59,091 nt of DNA, from the NCBI GenBank assembly GCA_046484465.1, contig JAWOIV010000030.1, forward strand, positions 1 to 59,091. Direction: 5' to 3'. The notes below the pieces were generated by a model that ran no database searches, had not been told where the DNA came from, and saw only the letters and a program-made list of their open reading frames with translations. The DNA comes from Gaiellaceae bacterium. GTDB lineage: Bacteria > Actinomycetota > Thermoleophilia > Gaiellales > Gaiellaceae. Positions 46,546 through 55,759 of this stretch are shown in pieces. Numbering within the stretch: position 1 is the first letter of the stretch; every line of letters starts with the position of its first letter. A program made the position numbers and the translations under genes.

Positions 46546-47229
46546 GTGAACAGCAGGACTGGGTTGCGCGTGGCACTCATCGTGCTCGTGTCCCTTGGTG
46601 GCGCCGCCTCGTCCGCCGACGCAGGCGAGGAACGCGCCGAGCCCACCACGCAGGCGCAGGCGGACTCCATCCGCTCCGATCTCCAGGCACGCGCGCGGTT
46701 CCTCCCCGAGCCTGCGCTGCTCATCACGGAGTCGACGACGACGGACGCGATCGACTCCTTTACGCTCCTCTCCCGCGATCTGCTCGAGCGACGCTTCATT
46801 CCCGCCGCCGGCGGTGTCTGGTACGCAATTTGCCCCGTCAGCGCCGTGTGCCCGTTCCCGCGCCGCCGGATGGCGCGCTCGGCGCAGGAGCTCGTCCCGC
46901 GCCGACTGGCGCTCGAGCTGGTGATCCGAACGTTCCTCGAGACGGACGCAGCTGTGGTGGGCGTGGCTCTGCCCACGCCCCGCATCGTGGCCGTCGTGCT
47001 CGATCGCACCGAGCTCGCCGAGGTTGACCTGCCCGCTCTCGCGCGCACGCTGGCGACCGCGCCGCTTCTCGACGCGTCCGTCGAGGTGCGACGGCTCGTC
47101 GACGAGCTCACGCTCCCGCGGACGTATCTCTTCCTCGGCTTCGAGCCCGGCCCGAACGGCGGAGTCTCCTGGGCCGGGATGCCCCGCTGGCCCGTCGCGC
47201 GCCAGCTCGGGCTCGACGAAGATCGGTAG
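46546..47229 (+). CDS. hypothetical exported protein
   Basis: GTG 46546 after a GGGGAGGAAGG SD. Signal-peptide-like N-terminus (RVALIVLVSLGGAASSADA). I recognise no family. Confidence 0.6.
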   Translation: MNSRTGLRVALIVLVSLGGAASSADAGEERAEPTTQAQADSIRSDLQARARFLPEPALLITESTTTDAIDSFTLLSRDLLERRFIPAAGGVWYAICPVSAVCPFPRRRMARSAQELVPRRLALELVIRTFLETDAAVVGVALPTPRIVAVVLDRTELAEVDLPALARTLATAPLLDASVEVRRLVDELTLPRTYLFLGFEPGPNGGVSWAGMPRWPVARQLGLDEDR

Positions 47230-47309
47230 CGCCTGCGCCCAACGTGGGTAGTCGCGCCCATGGCCCGCGCGGACGTCCTCTCTATCGTCGAGGAGTCCTG
47301 TCATCGACC
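47226..47309 (+). repeat. duplicated leader module, copy B
   Basis: See copy A. It starts at the TAG stop of 46546..47229 and ends at the SD of the DUF4242 gene. Confidence 0.75.
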
Positions 47310-47322
47310 CTAGGGAGGCTGA

Positions 47323-47616
47323 ATGGACACCTACGTCATCGCCCGCCGGAACGGCTGGCGGACGGCAGAAGACCTCGCGGCGGCAGCGGAGCGCTCGACC
47401 GCCGAGGGCGACCGCATGTCCGACGACATCGCCTGGATCCGGAGCTACGTGCTCGAGGAGCGGGACGGCTCGGTCGGAACCTTCTGCATCTACCAGGCCT
47501 CGAGCCCCGAGGCCATTCGGGCGCATGCCGCAGCCGCGGACCTGCCCGTCGACGAGATCGTCAAGGTCGCCGACACGGTGATCGTCCGAGCGGACCCGGT
47601 TCCGGCGTCCGCCTGA
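47323..47616 (+). CDS. DUF4242-like small protein
   Basis: 97 aa. The pattern ...W.RSYV.E..DGSVGTFCIYQASSPEAIR.HA..A.LPVDEI..V matches my recollection of DUF4242. GGGAGG SD upstream. Confidence 0.65.
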   Translation: MDTYVIARRNGWRTAEDLAAAAERSTAEGDRMSDDIAWIRSYVLEERDGSVGTFCIYQASSPEAIRAHAAAADLPVDEIVKVADTVIVRADPVPASA

Positions 47617-47639
47617 CAACCGATCGAAAGGGGAACACG

Positions 47640-48047
47640 ATGATCAAACGCGTCCTTCTGCTCGCGGCGCCCGCCGTGGTGGCAGTGCTCTTCGCGAGCG
47701 TCGCACTCAGTGCCGGCGGAAAGGGCAGCATGGCCGACCAGGCGAGAGCGGCCGGCTGGAACTGCAACCCGGAAGTGCCCATTGCGGGCCACTACCTGCA
47801 CTGCGCCCCACCGGGCAAGCCGTCGGTCGCCGACCTCCTGGCCGGAACAACGACTGCGCCGAGCATCGAGCTGCGCGTCTACGAGTTCACGACCGAGAGC
47901 TTCGCCGGAATGGAGTCGCTCATCCGTGCCGACCTGTACCGCGGCCAGCCGTGCCATCAGGACGGCCAGGCCGAATGGGGCCTTCTCGACCTCCCGGTCG
48001 ACTATCGAGCCTGCCATCGCTTCGAGACCGGCAACCCGCCCTCCTAG
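47640..48047 (+). CDS. hypothetical exported protein with 4 Cys
   Basis: ATG 47640 after AAAGGGGA. Signal peptide (MIKRVLLLAAPAVVAVLFASVALSA). No recognised family. Confidence 0.6.
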   Translation: MIKRVLLLAAPAVVAVLFASVALSAGGKGSMADQARAAGWNCNPEVPIAGHYLHCAPPGKPSVADLLAGTTTAPSIELRVYEFTTESFAGMESLIRADLYRGQPCHQDGQAEWGLLDLPVDYRACHRFETGNPPS

Positions 48048-48075
48048 CCGACTTCTCGCGGCGACCTGCGCGGTA

Positions 48076-48107
48076 GGCGCCGGGTGAGGGGGAAGGCACC
48101 CGGCGCC
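48076..48107. terminator. bidirectional terminator-like hairpin
   Basis: GGCGCCGGGTG-N10-CACCCGGCGCC perfect 11-bp stem between convergent genes. Confidence 0.55.
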
Positions 48108-48123
48108 ACTCCGCGCATCTGCG

Positions 48124-49530
48124 TCAGCGCGTGGCCGTCGGCAGGAGCTCCTGCCCGAAGGCCGCGCGCTCGACAAACTCGCCCACGCCCGGCTCGGCCA
48201 CCAGCTCGCCGTCCTCCACGAGCACGTTGCCCCTGAGCATCACGACCTCGGGCGTGCCCGTCACCTCGGTGCCCTCGTAGAGGTTGTAGTCCGTCTTGGA
48301 GTGGTGGGTCGCGGCAGCGATGAGATGCCCTCTCTCGGGGTCGAAGACCACGATGTCCGCGTCCGAGCCTGGCGCGATCGTGCCCTTCCGCGGGTAGAGG
48401 CCGAAGAGCTTCGCAGGGTTCGTCGCGAGGAGCTCGACCATCCGGTTCAGGGAGATCCGCCCGGTGCGCACACCGAACTCGTGGATCATGTGCAGTCGGT
48501 TCTCGAGGCCCGGCCCTCCGTTCGGGATCTTCGAGAAGTCGTCCCTGCCCATCGTCTTCTGGCCGTCCCAGAGGAACGCGCAGTGATCGGTGGAGATCGC
48601 CGACAGGGTGTCCGAGCGCACCGCGTGCCAGAGCACCTCCTGGTTCTCCTTCGCGCGGGGCGGCGGCGTGTAGACGTACTTCGCGCCCTCGAACCCAGGC
48701 CGCTCGAGGTGCGTGTAGTCGATGAAGAAGTACTGCGTGCACGTCTCGCCCCAGACGTCCCAACCGGCCTCGCGCGCGCGGGCGATCGGGTCGACGGCCT
48801 CCTTGCAGGAGACGTGGACGACGTACAGCGGAGCGCCGGCGATCCGCGCCAGCTGGATCGCCCTGTTCGTCGCCTCGCCCTCGAGCTCGGGCGGACGCGT
48901 GAGCGCGTGGAAGTGCGGCGCCGTGTTGCCGGCCGCGAGCGCCTGCTCGACGAGGACGTCGATGGCGTCGCCGTTCTCCGCGTGCACCATCACGAGCGCG
49001 CCGGTGTCGGCTGCGACCTCCATCGTCCTGAAGAGCGTCTCGTCGTCCACCATGAGCGCGCCCTTGTAGGCCATGAAGAGCTTGTACGAGGTGATGCCCT
49101 GCTCGGGCAGCCGAGCGAGCTCCTCGAGGGAGCCGCCTTCGCGCAGGTCGGTGACCGCGATGTGGAAGCCGCAGTCGATGATCTGCCTGCCGGTGCGCTT
49201 CTCGTGCCACGCCTCCAGCGCCTCGGCGAAGGACTGGCCTGGCGACTGAATGCAGAAGTCCACGTGGCACGTCGTTCCGCCGAACGCCGCAGCCGTCTGG
49301 CCCGACGTGAAGTCGTCGATGGTCACCGTGCCCCCGAACGGCATGTCGAGGTGCGTATGCGGATCCACGCAGCCCGGGAGCACGTATTTCCCGGTCGCGT
49401 CGATCACGCGGTCCGCCTCGACGTCCAGGGACTCCCCGATGAGCGAGATCCGCTCCCCGACCACGAACACGTCGCCGACGTAGTCGTCGGCGGCCGTGAT
49501 GATCCGCCCCCCCTTGATCAGCGTCGACAC
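48124..49530 (-). CDS. dihydropyrimidinase / D-hydantoinase
   Basis: GCVDPHTHLDMPFGG and KLFMAYKG (carboxylated-Lys region), with cyclic-amidohydrolase similarity over the full length. GTG start with GGAAGGGG upstream. Confidence 0.9.
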   Translation of the reverse strand: MSTLIKGGRIITAADDYVGDVFVVGERISLIGESLDVEADRVIDATGKYVLPGCVDPHTHLDMPFGGTVTIDDFTSGQTAAAFGGTTCHVDFCIQSPGQSFAEALEAWHEKRTGRQIIDCGFHIAVTDLREGGSLEELARLPEQGITSYKLFMAYKGALMVDDETLFRTMEVAADTGALVMVHAENGDAIDVLVEQALAAGNTAPHFHALTRPPELEGEATNRAIQLARIAGAPLYVVHVSCKEAVDPIARAREAGWDVWGETCTQYFFIDYTHLERPGFEGAKYVYTPPPRAKENQEVLWHAVRSDTLSAISTDHCAFLWDGQKTMGRDDFSKIPNGGPGLENRLHMIHEFGVRTGRISLNRMVELLATNPAKLFGLYPRKGTIAPGSDADIVVFDPERGHLIAAATHHSKTDYNLYEGTEVTGTPEVVMLRGNVLVEDGELVAEPGVGEFVERAAFGQELLPTATR

Positions 49531-49556
49531 GTCACGTCACCCCTTCCCGTCGTGGA

Positions 49557-49587
49557 GTGCCGGGCGGGCGAAAGGCCCACCCGGCAC
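49557..49587 (-). terminator. hairpin between the SBP gene and the dihydropyrimidinase gene
   Basis: GTGCCGGGCGGG-cgaaagg-CCCACCCGGCAC, a 12-bp stem with one mismatch. Confidence 0.45.
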
Positions 49588-49600
49588 TCATGCTACTCCG

Positions 49601-50713
49601 CTACTTGCCGCCCTCCTTGAGCTTCACGACGGACTTCTTGTACTTCTTGCCAGTCACGTCGAGGCCTTGCTTCTTCAGGTTCGCGATCGCCTTCCTCGCG
49701 AGATCCGTCCGGTACGAGGCGCTGCTCGCCGGCTTCTTGATGACCTTGTACGTCTTTGCGATGTTCGCCGTCCGCCTGAACTCGACCGGATCCATGATCC
49801 CGACGCCGAGCCTGTTCGGCCAGATGAGCGCGTTGACCTCGTTCATCTGCCAGCGCTGGTGGCTCTTTCCGAGAGCCGGACCGTTCTTCAGCACGATGTT
49901 CGTGCACTCGGTGAGGTGGTCGCGGCAGTAGATCCACCCCCTGAACGAGGCCTCGAGGAACTTCACCGCGGTGGCCTGGTTCTTCGGATCCTTGATCCAG
50001 TCGCCGCGGACGAAGACGCCGTCCTGGAGCATGCCGGTCCCGAGGTCCGAGTACTTGAACACGTTCAGGTCCTTCAGCGTGTACAGCTTGCCCGTCTTCG
50101 GGTTCTTGACCTCGAGCACCTGAGCGAGCTCGTTGTAGGTCATCGCCGACGCGGCGTCGATCTCACCCTTCAGGAACGCGAGCATGTCGAAGTTCTGCTT
50201 GACGAGCTTCACGTCCTTGTCGGGGTTCATGCCGTTCTTGACGAGGGCGGCGCGCTGCTCGAACTCGTTCCCGAAGATCCAGACGCCGAACTTCTTGCCC
50301 CGCATCTTCTTGAACGTGTTGATGCCGCTCGACTTGAACGTGACCTCCGTCGTGCCGCTTCGTGCGTAGACCTGGCCGATGTTGACGAGGTCGTTCCCCG
50401 TGTCGCGCTGTGCGAGCGTGCTCGGCATCCAGTTGATCCCGAACTCCGCCTGCTTCCCGAGAACGACCTGCTCGGGCAGGATGTCCGGGCCGCCCGCCTT
50501 GATGTTCACGTCCAGGCCGGCTTGCCGGTAGTACCCCTTGTCCTTGGCGACGTAGTACCCGGCGAACTGCGCCTGCACGACCCACTTCGACTGAAGTGTG
50601 ACCTTGGTCAGGCTCTGGCTCTGACCCGGACCTGTCAGCGCGAGCCCTCCGACCGCCGCGAATGCCGCCACGAGCACGGCTCCTCCCGCGACGTACCACC
50701 TTCGTCTCCTCAT
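49601..50713 (-). CDS. ABC transporter substrate-binding protein, NMT1/THI5-like (NitT/TauT family)
   Basis: Signal/anchor N-terminus, then KVTLQSKWVVQAQFAGYYVAKDKGYY..AGLDV, typical of NMT1-type SBPs. ATG 50713 is preceded by AAGGAGGG. Confidence 0.8.
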   Translation of the reverse strand: MRRRRWYVAGGAVLVAAFAAVGGLALTGPGQSQSLTKVTLQSKWVVQAQFAGYYVAKDKGYYRQAGLDVNIKAGGPDILPEQVVLGKQAEFGINWMPSTLAQRDTGNDLVNIGQVYARSGTTEVTFKSSGINTFKKMRGKKFGVWIFGNEFEQRAALVKNGMNPDKDVKLVKQNFDMLAFLKGEIDAASAMTYNELAQVLEVKNPKTGKLYTLKDLNVFKYSDLGTGMLQDGVFVRGDWIKDPKNQATAVKFLEASFRGWIYCRDHLTECTNIVLKNGPALGKSHQRWQMNEVNALIWPNRLGVGIMDPVEFRRTANIAKTYKVIKKPASSASYRTDLARKAIANLKKQGLDVTGKKYKKSVVKLKEGGK

Positions 50714-50727
50714 GTGCCCTCCTTGGG

Positions 50728-51545
50728 TCACTCGACTCCTGCTCTGATCGATGGGTGCCAGCTGAGAACGAGGCGCTCCGCAAGCGCGACGGTCGCGTAG
50801 AAGGCGATGCCGAGCATGCTCGCCACGAGTATCGCGGCCCACGCGGTCTCGTACTGCGCCACCGAGACGGCGGAGACGATCTGCACACCCAGCGATTCCG
50901 TCGATCCTCCGAAGTAGTCCCCCACGACAGCGCCGATCATCGCGAGTACGGACGCAATCTTCAAGGCCGTGAAGACGAACGGCAGGCTGTTCGGGATGCG
51001 GACGCGAGCGAAGACGACGCGTTGCGGCGCGGCGTACGAGCGCATGAGCTCGAGCGCCTCCGGACGAACCGACGTGAGGCCGCGGAGCGTGTTCACGAGC
51101 ACGGGGAAGAAGCACAGCACCGCGGCGATCACGACCTTCGACCACGGGGAGAGGGTTCCGAACCACGCGTTGGTGATCGGGGCGAAGGCGACGATCGGAA
51201 CGGCGTTGGCGGCGATCATGTACGGCATGAGCGCGTTTCCGAGAGGGCGCCAGCGCGCCAGCACGAGCGCGAGCACGAGCGCGAACGAGCACCCGAGGAC
51301 GAACCCGCCGACGGCCTCCTGAAAAGTGATCCACCCTGCGCGGAGGAGCTGGCTACGCGACTCCCAGAACGCCTGCAGCACGTCTGCGAGCGGCGGCAGG
51401 AGATAGCGCTCGACGCCGATCGCCGGCAGGAGCCACTGCCACGCGGCGAGGCCGATCCCGAAGACGACGAGCGCGGGGCCCCACCGCCGGATGCGCTTCG
51501 TCGCACCTCGCTCGGCGAACGTGGGCGGCGGCTGTGCGATCGTGC

Positions 51546-51549
<4 letters not shown>
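50728..51549 (-). CDS. ABC transporter permease (NitT/TauT family)
   Basis: Six-TM BPD-transporter-like profile. GTGA overlap with the ATPase stop. Confidence 0.8.
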
Positions 51550-52333
<784 letters not shown>

Positions 52334-52337
<4 letters not shown>

Positions 52338-53206
52338 ACGAGCTGCTCCGGAGCGCGGTGCACGACGAGCTTCTCGACCAGGACGACGACGAGGAAGAAC
52401 GAGATGCCGAGCAGCGCAGCCACGAGATTGACCGCCCACAGGTTCTCGGGATCGAGCACGTAGTACTGGTTGAAGTTGATGATCCAGCCGCCGAGACCGC
52501 TCTGGATGGACGACGGCAGCTCACCGATGACCGCGCCGACGACGCTCGCCGTGGCTGCGACCTTGAACGCGGAGAAGAGGTACGGCAGAGCAGAGGGCAC
52601 GCGCAGCTTCCAGAACACCGCCCATTCGCCCGCAGCGTAGGACTCCATGAGCTCGACGGCGGACGGGTCGGCGGATCGCAGGCCTCGAACGGTGTTCACG
52701 GTCACGGGGAAGAACGTGAGGTAGGCGGCGATCACGGCAACCCGCATCCAGTCCTTCGGCGTCCAGCCGAGGATGCTCACGCTGCCGAGCCCCACCACGA
52801 CGATCGGCGCGATCGCGAGGATCGGGATCGTCTGGGACGCGACGACGTACGGCATGACGCCGCGCTGCAGCACGCTGAACCGTGCGATCACCGCGCCGAG
52901 CAGGAACCCGATGGTCGCGCCGATGGCGAACCCGACGGCCGCCTCCTTGGCCGTGAACAGCGCCGCGTCGAGCATGTACCGGACGAGCAGCGGCTCGCCC
53001 TCCCGGAGGGGGTCGAACAGCGCGCCGACGATGTCGTGGAGATGCGGCATCGTCGTCGCATCGACCGGGAACGGACGGGTCCAACCGGTCGTCTCCCAGA
53101 GCTTGCGATAGCCCTCCCACAGAGCCCACAGCCCGACGAGGACGAGCCCGAGCACCGCGAGACGTCCGACGATCGAACCGATCCGCCTCAGCACGCGGGA
53201 GAGCAT
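52334..53206 (-). CDS. ABC transporter permease (second membrane component)
   Basis: BPD-transporter-like membrane protein. Start is ATG 53206 (MLSRVLRRIG...), though ATG 53242 is in frame and cannot be excluded. Confidence 0.75.
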
Positions 53207-53215
53207 CCCACACTC

Positions 53216-53240
53216 GCGGAGGAGAGTTAGAGTCCTCCGC
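53216..53240. promoter_or_regulatory. perfect inverted repeat GCGGAGGA-N9-TCCTCCGC abutting ATG 53241
   Basis: 8-bp arms. The loop contains the TAGAGT -10-like box. It sits in the 34-bp divergent spacer of the catabolic cluster. Confidence 0.5.
53228..53233 (+). promoter_or_regulatory. -10-like hexamer TAGAGT, 7 nt before ATG 53241 (leaderless-type)
   Basis: TAnnnT hexamer inside the palindrome loop. Confidence 0.4.
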
Positions 53241-54488
53241 ATGTCGCTCGACCCGTCGAGGACCGTCGCCGAGCTGAAGGAGCTGCGGCGGCTCACGGGT
53301 AACGCTGACGGCGCGCAGCGCGTCGCCTGGACCACCACATGGGAGCAGGCGCGCGCCTGGCTCCGCGAGAGGCTCGCTCCCACGGGTGCCGAGCACGAGA
53401 TCGACGAGGCAGGGAACCAGTGGTTCACGCTGCGCGGTGACGCCGAGCGCGCGGTCCTGATCGGCGGGCACATGGACTCCGTCCCGAACGGCGGCTGGCT
53501 GGACGGCTGCCTCAACGTCCTGGCCGGCGCCGAGATCCTCCGCCGCGTCGCCGAGGAGGGCACGCCCCCCGTCACCGTCCGGCTCGTGGACTGGGCCGAC
53601 GAGGAGGGCGCACGGTTCGGTCGGAGCCTCTTCGGGTCGAGCGCCGCGGGCGGATCGATGGACGACCAGGACGAGCTGCGGGCACTGGTGGACGCGGACG
53701 GCATCTCGTTGCCGGATGCCGTCGCCGAGCACGGCGTGGAGCTGGACCGCGCGCTGGTCGCCCACCGTCAGCTCGGCACGGCCGCCGCATACCTCGAGCT
53801 GCACATCGAGCAGGGGCCTGTGCTCGAGTCGCTCGACCTCCCGCTCGGCGTCGTCCTCGGGACGTTCGGCGTCGAACGTCACCGGATCACCTGGCGCGGC
53901 CAGGCCGCGCACGCGGGCTCGACGCCGATGGCGGAGCGCCGCGACGCGCTCGCCGGGGCGGCCAGGCTCGCGCTCGAGATCCGCGACATCGCGAAGCGAA
54001 CGGGAGACGGCGCCGTCTGCACGTCCGGCGGGGTCGTGTGCAAGCCGGGCATCGTCACCTCCGTCGTCGAGACTGCGGAGCAGCTCCTCGACCAGCGCCA
54101 CCTCGACGCGGAGAAGCTCGCGTCGATGCTCGCGCAGGCCAAGGAAGCGAGCGCGAGGTTCGCCGACGAAGAGCGGATCGGCGTCGAGTTCGAGCGCCTC
54201 TGGTCGATCGCTCCGATCCTCTTCGACGACACCCTCGTCCGCTTCTGCGACGACGCGATCGGCGAGGTCGCCGGAGCGTCGCACAGGCTGCCGTCCGGCC
54301 CGCTCCACGACGCCGCCGAGGTCGCGCGGGCCGGGATCCCCACGGTGATGATGTTCGTCCAGAGCCTCCGCGGCCTCTCCCACACGAAGCTCGAGGACAC
54401 GAGGGAGGAGCACATCGAGCTCTCGGTCGCCGCCCTCGACCGCCTCGCGTCGAAGACGATCGCGTGGGTCGCCGGCGGCGGCCACTGA
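53241..54488 (+). CDS. M20-family amidohydrolase, N-carbamoyl-amino-acid / beta-ureidopropionase / allantoate amidohydrolase (AmaB) type
   Basis: GGHMDSVPNGGWLDG and ELHIEQGPVLE motifs characteristic of the AmaB/AllC subgroup. Confidence 0.85.
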   Translation: MSLDPSRTVAELKELRRLTGNADGAQRVAWTTTWEQARAWLRERLAPTGAEHEIDEAGNQWFTLRGDAERAVLIGGHMDSVPNGGWLDGCLNVLAGAEILRRVAEEGTPPVTVRLVDWADEEGARFGRSLFGSSAAGGSMDDQDELRALVDADGISLPDAVAEHGVELDRALVAHRQLGTAAAYLELHIEQGPVLESLDLPLGVVLGTFGVERHRITWRGQAAHAGSTPMAERRDALAGAARLALEIRDIAKRTGDGAVCTSGGVVCKPGIVTSVVETAEQLLDQRHLDAEKLASMLAQAKEASARFADEERIGVEFERLWSIAPILFDDTLVRFCDDAIGEVAGASHRLPSGPLHDAAEVARAGIPTVMMFVQSLRGLSHTKLEDTREEHIELSVAALDRLASKTIAWVAGGGH

Positions 54489-54590
54489 ATCCCACCCCCG
54501 CAAGCGTGCCGGCTCTGGCCTCGACGCTTGCGATCGCCGGCCCGTAGATCGTCCCGGACCGAGCCCGCGCATCGAGCTATCGGCTCGCCA

Positions 54591-54596
54591 TAGAGT
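54591..54596 (+). promoter_or_regulatory. -10-like hexamer TAGAGT, 8 nt before GTG 54605
   Basis: TAnnnT hexamer in the 116-nt spacer upstream of the MFS gene. Confidence 0.3.
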
Positions 54597-54604
54597 GGCG
54601 CGCT

Positions 54605-55723
54605 GTGTCGACGACAGCGCGCCTCCCGGTCGCCGCCGGCCTCGTTGTCGGCGGCTGCCTGACGTGGAACGTCACGAACGTCGGCGCGGCCGCGGACCCG
54701 CTGGCCGGGCACTACGGCGTCTCGCTCGTGGCGGTCGGGTTCCTCACCACCGCCCTCTTCGTCACGCACTTCCTCGTCCAGCTCCCCGCGGGGCGAGCGG
54801 CCGACCGCTTCGGCTCTCGATCCGTCGCTCTCGTGGCCGCGCTCGCGGCGCTCCTGGGGAATGGCGTCCTCCTCCTCGACGACGCCGGCTACCCCCTCGC
54901 GCTCTTCGGGCGCGCGATCGTCGGCATCGGGTCTGGCGCGGGGTTCGTCGCAGGGCTCGACCTCGTCCGTGCTGGCGGCGGAGGCCCGGTGCTCCAGGGC
55001 GTCTACGGCGGCGCCACCATGGCAGGCGGTGGACTGGCGCTGATGGTCGTGCCCGCTCTCACCGAGGCCGAGGGCTGGCGAGTGTCCTACTGGACGGCTG
55101 CCGCGCTCGCAGTGGTCGCCGGGGGAGCCGCGGCGGCGGCCGGTGGGCTCCCGCGCGTGCCGCACACGAAGACCTGGATCCTCTGGGATCGAGAGCTCGT
55201 GCCGATCGGCCTCGTTCAGGCTGCCACCTTCGGTCTCGCGGTGGTCGCGGGCAACTGGGCCGTGCCGTTGCTCGAGCGCCGAGACATCGGATCGGCGGCG
55301 GCGGGCCTCGCGAGCGGGCTCATCCTCTTCGCAGGGATCACCACGCGGCCGCTCGGGGGGATCCTCGCCACCCATGCCCGAAGCCGCGCTCTCATCGGAG
55401 TGTCGCTCCTGGGTGTCGCGGTCGGTAGTGCGCTGCTGGCGATCGGCGCCGCGTACGCGGTGTCGGCGCTCGGAGCGTTTCTCCTCGGCGTCTTCGCGGG
55501 ATTCCCGTTCGCGGCGATCTTCGCCGCCGCGCAACGCACCAGGCCATCCGCACCCGGCGCAGCCGTCGCCTTCGTGAATGCCTTCGGCGTCCTCACGATC
55601 CTCGTCGGGACCCCGCTCGCCGGCCTCACGTTCGCCCTCCCGGGAGAGGGCGCCGTCGCGTTCGCCGCGATCGCAGCCCTCGCCGCCGCAGCGCTCCTTG
55701 CCCTTCGCAAGGCCCCGTTGTAG
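54605..55723 (+). CDS. MFS transporter
   Basis: Hydrophobic profile of about 12 TM segments and the GRAADRFGSR loop motif. Confidence 0.8.
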   Translation: MSTTARLPVAAGLVVGGCLTWNVTNVGAAADPLAGHYGVSLVAVGFLTTALFVTHFLVQLPAGRAADRFGSRSVALVAALAALLGNGVLLLDDAGYPLALFGRAIVGIGSGAGFVAGLDLVRAGGGGPVLQGVYGGATMAGGGLALMVVPALTEAEGWRVSYWTAAALAVVAGGAAAAAGGLPRVPHTKTWILWDRELVPIGLVQAATFGLAVVAGNWAVPLLERRDIGSAAAGLASGLILFAGITTRPLGGILATHARSRALIGVSLLGVAVGSALLAIGAAYAVSALGAFLLGVFAGFPFAAIFAAAQRTRPSAPGAAVAFVNAFGVLTILVGTPLAGLTFALPGEGAVAFAAIAALAAAALLALRKAPL

Positions 55724-55759
55724 CGATAATCGTCTGATCCGATTCGAGGGAGAGTCACC

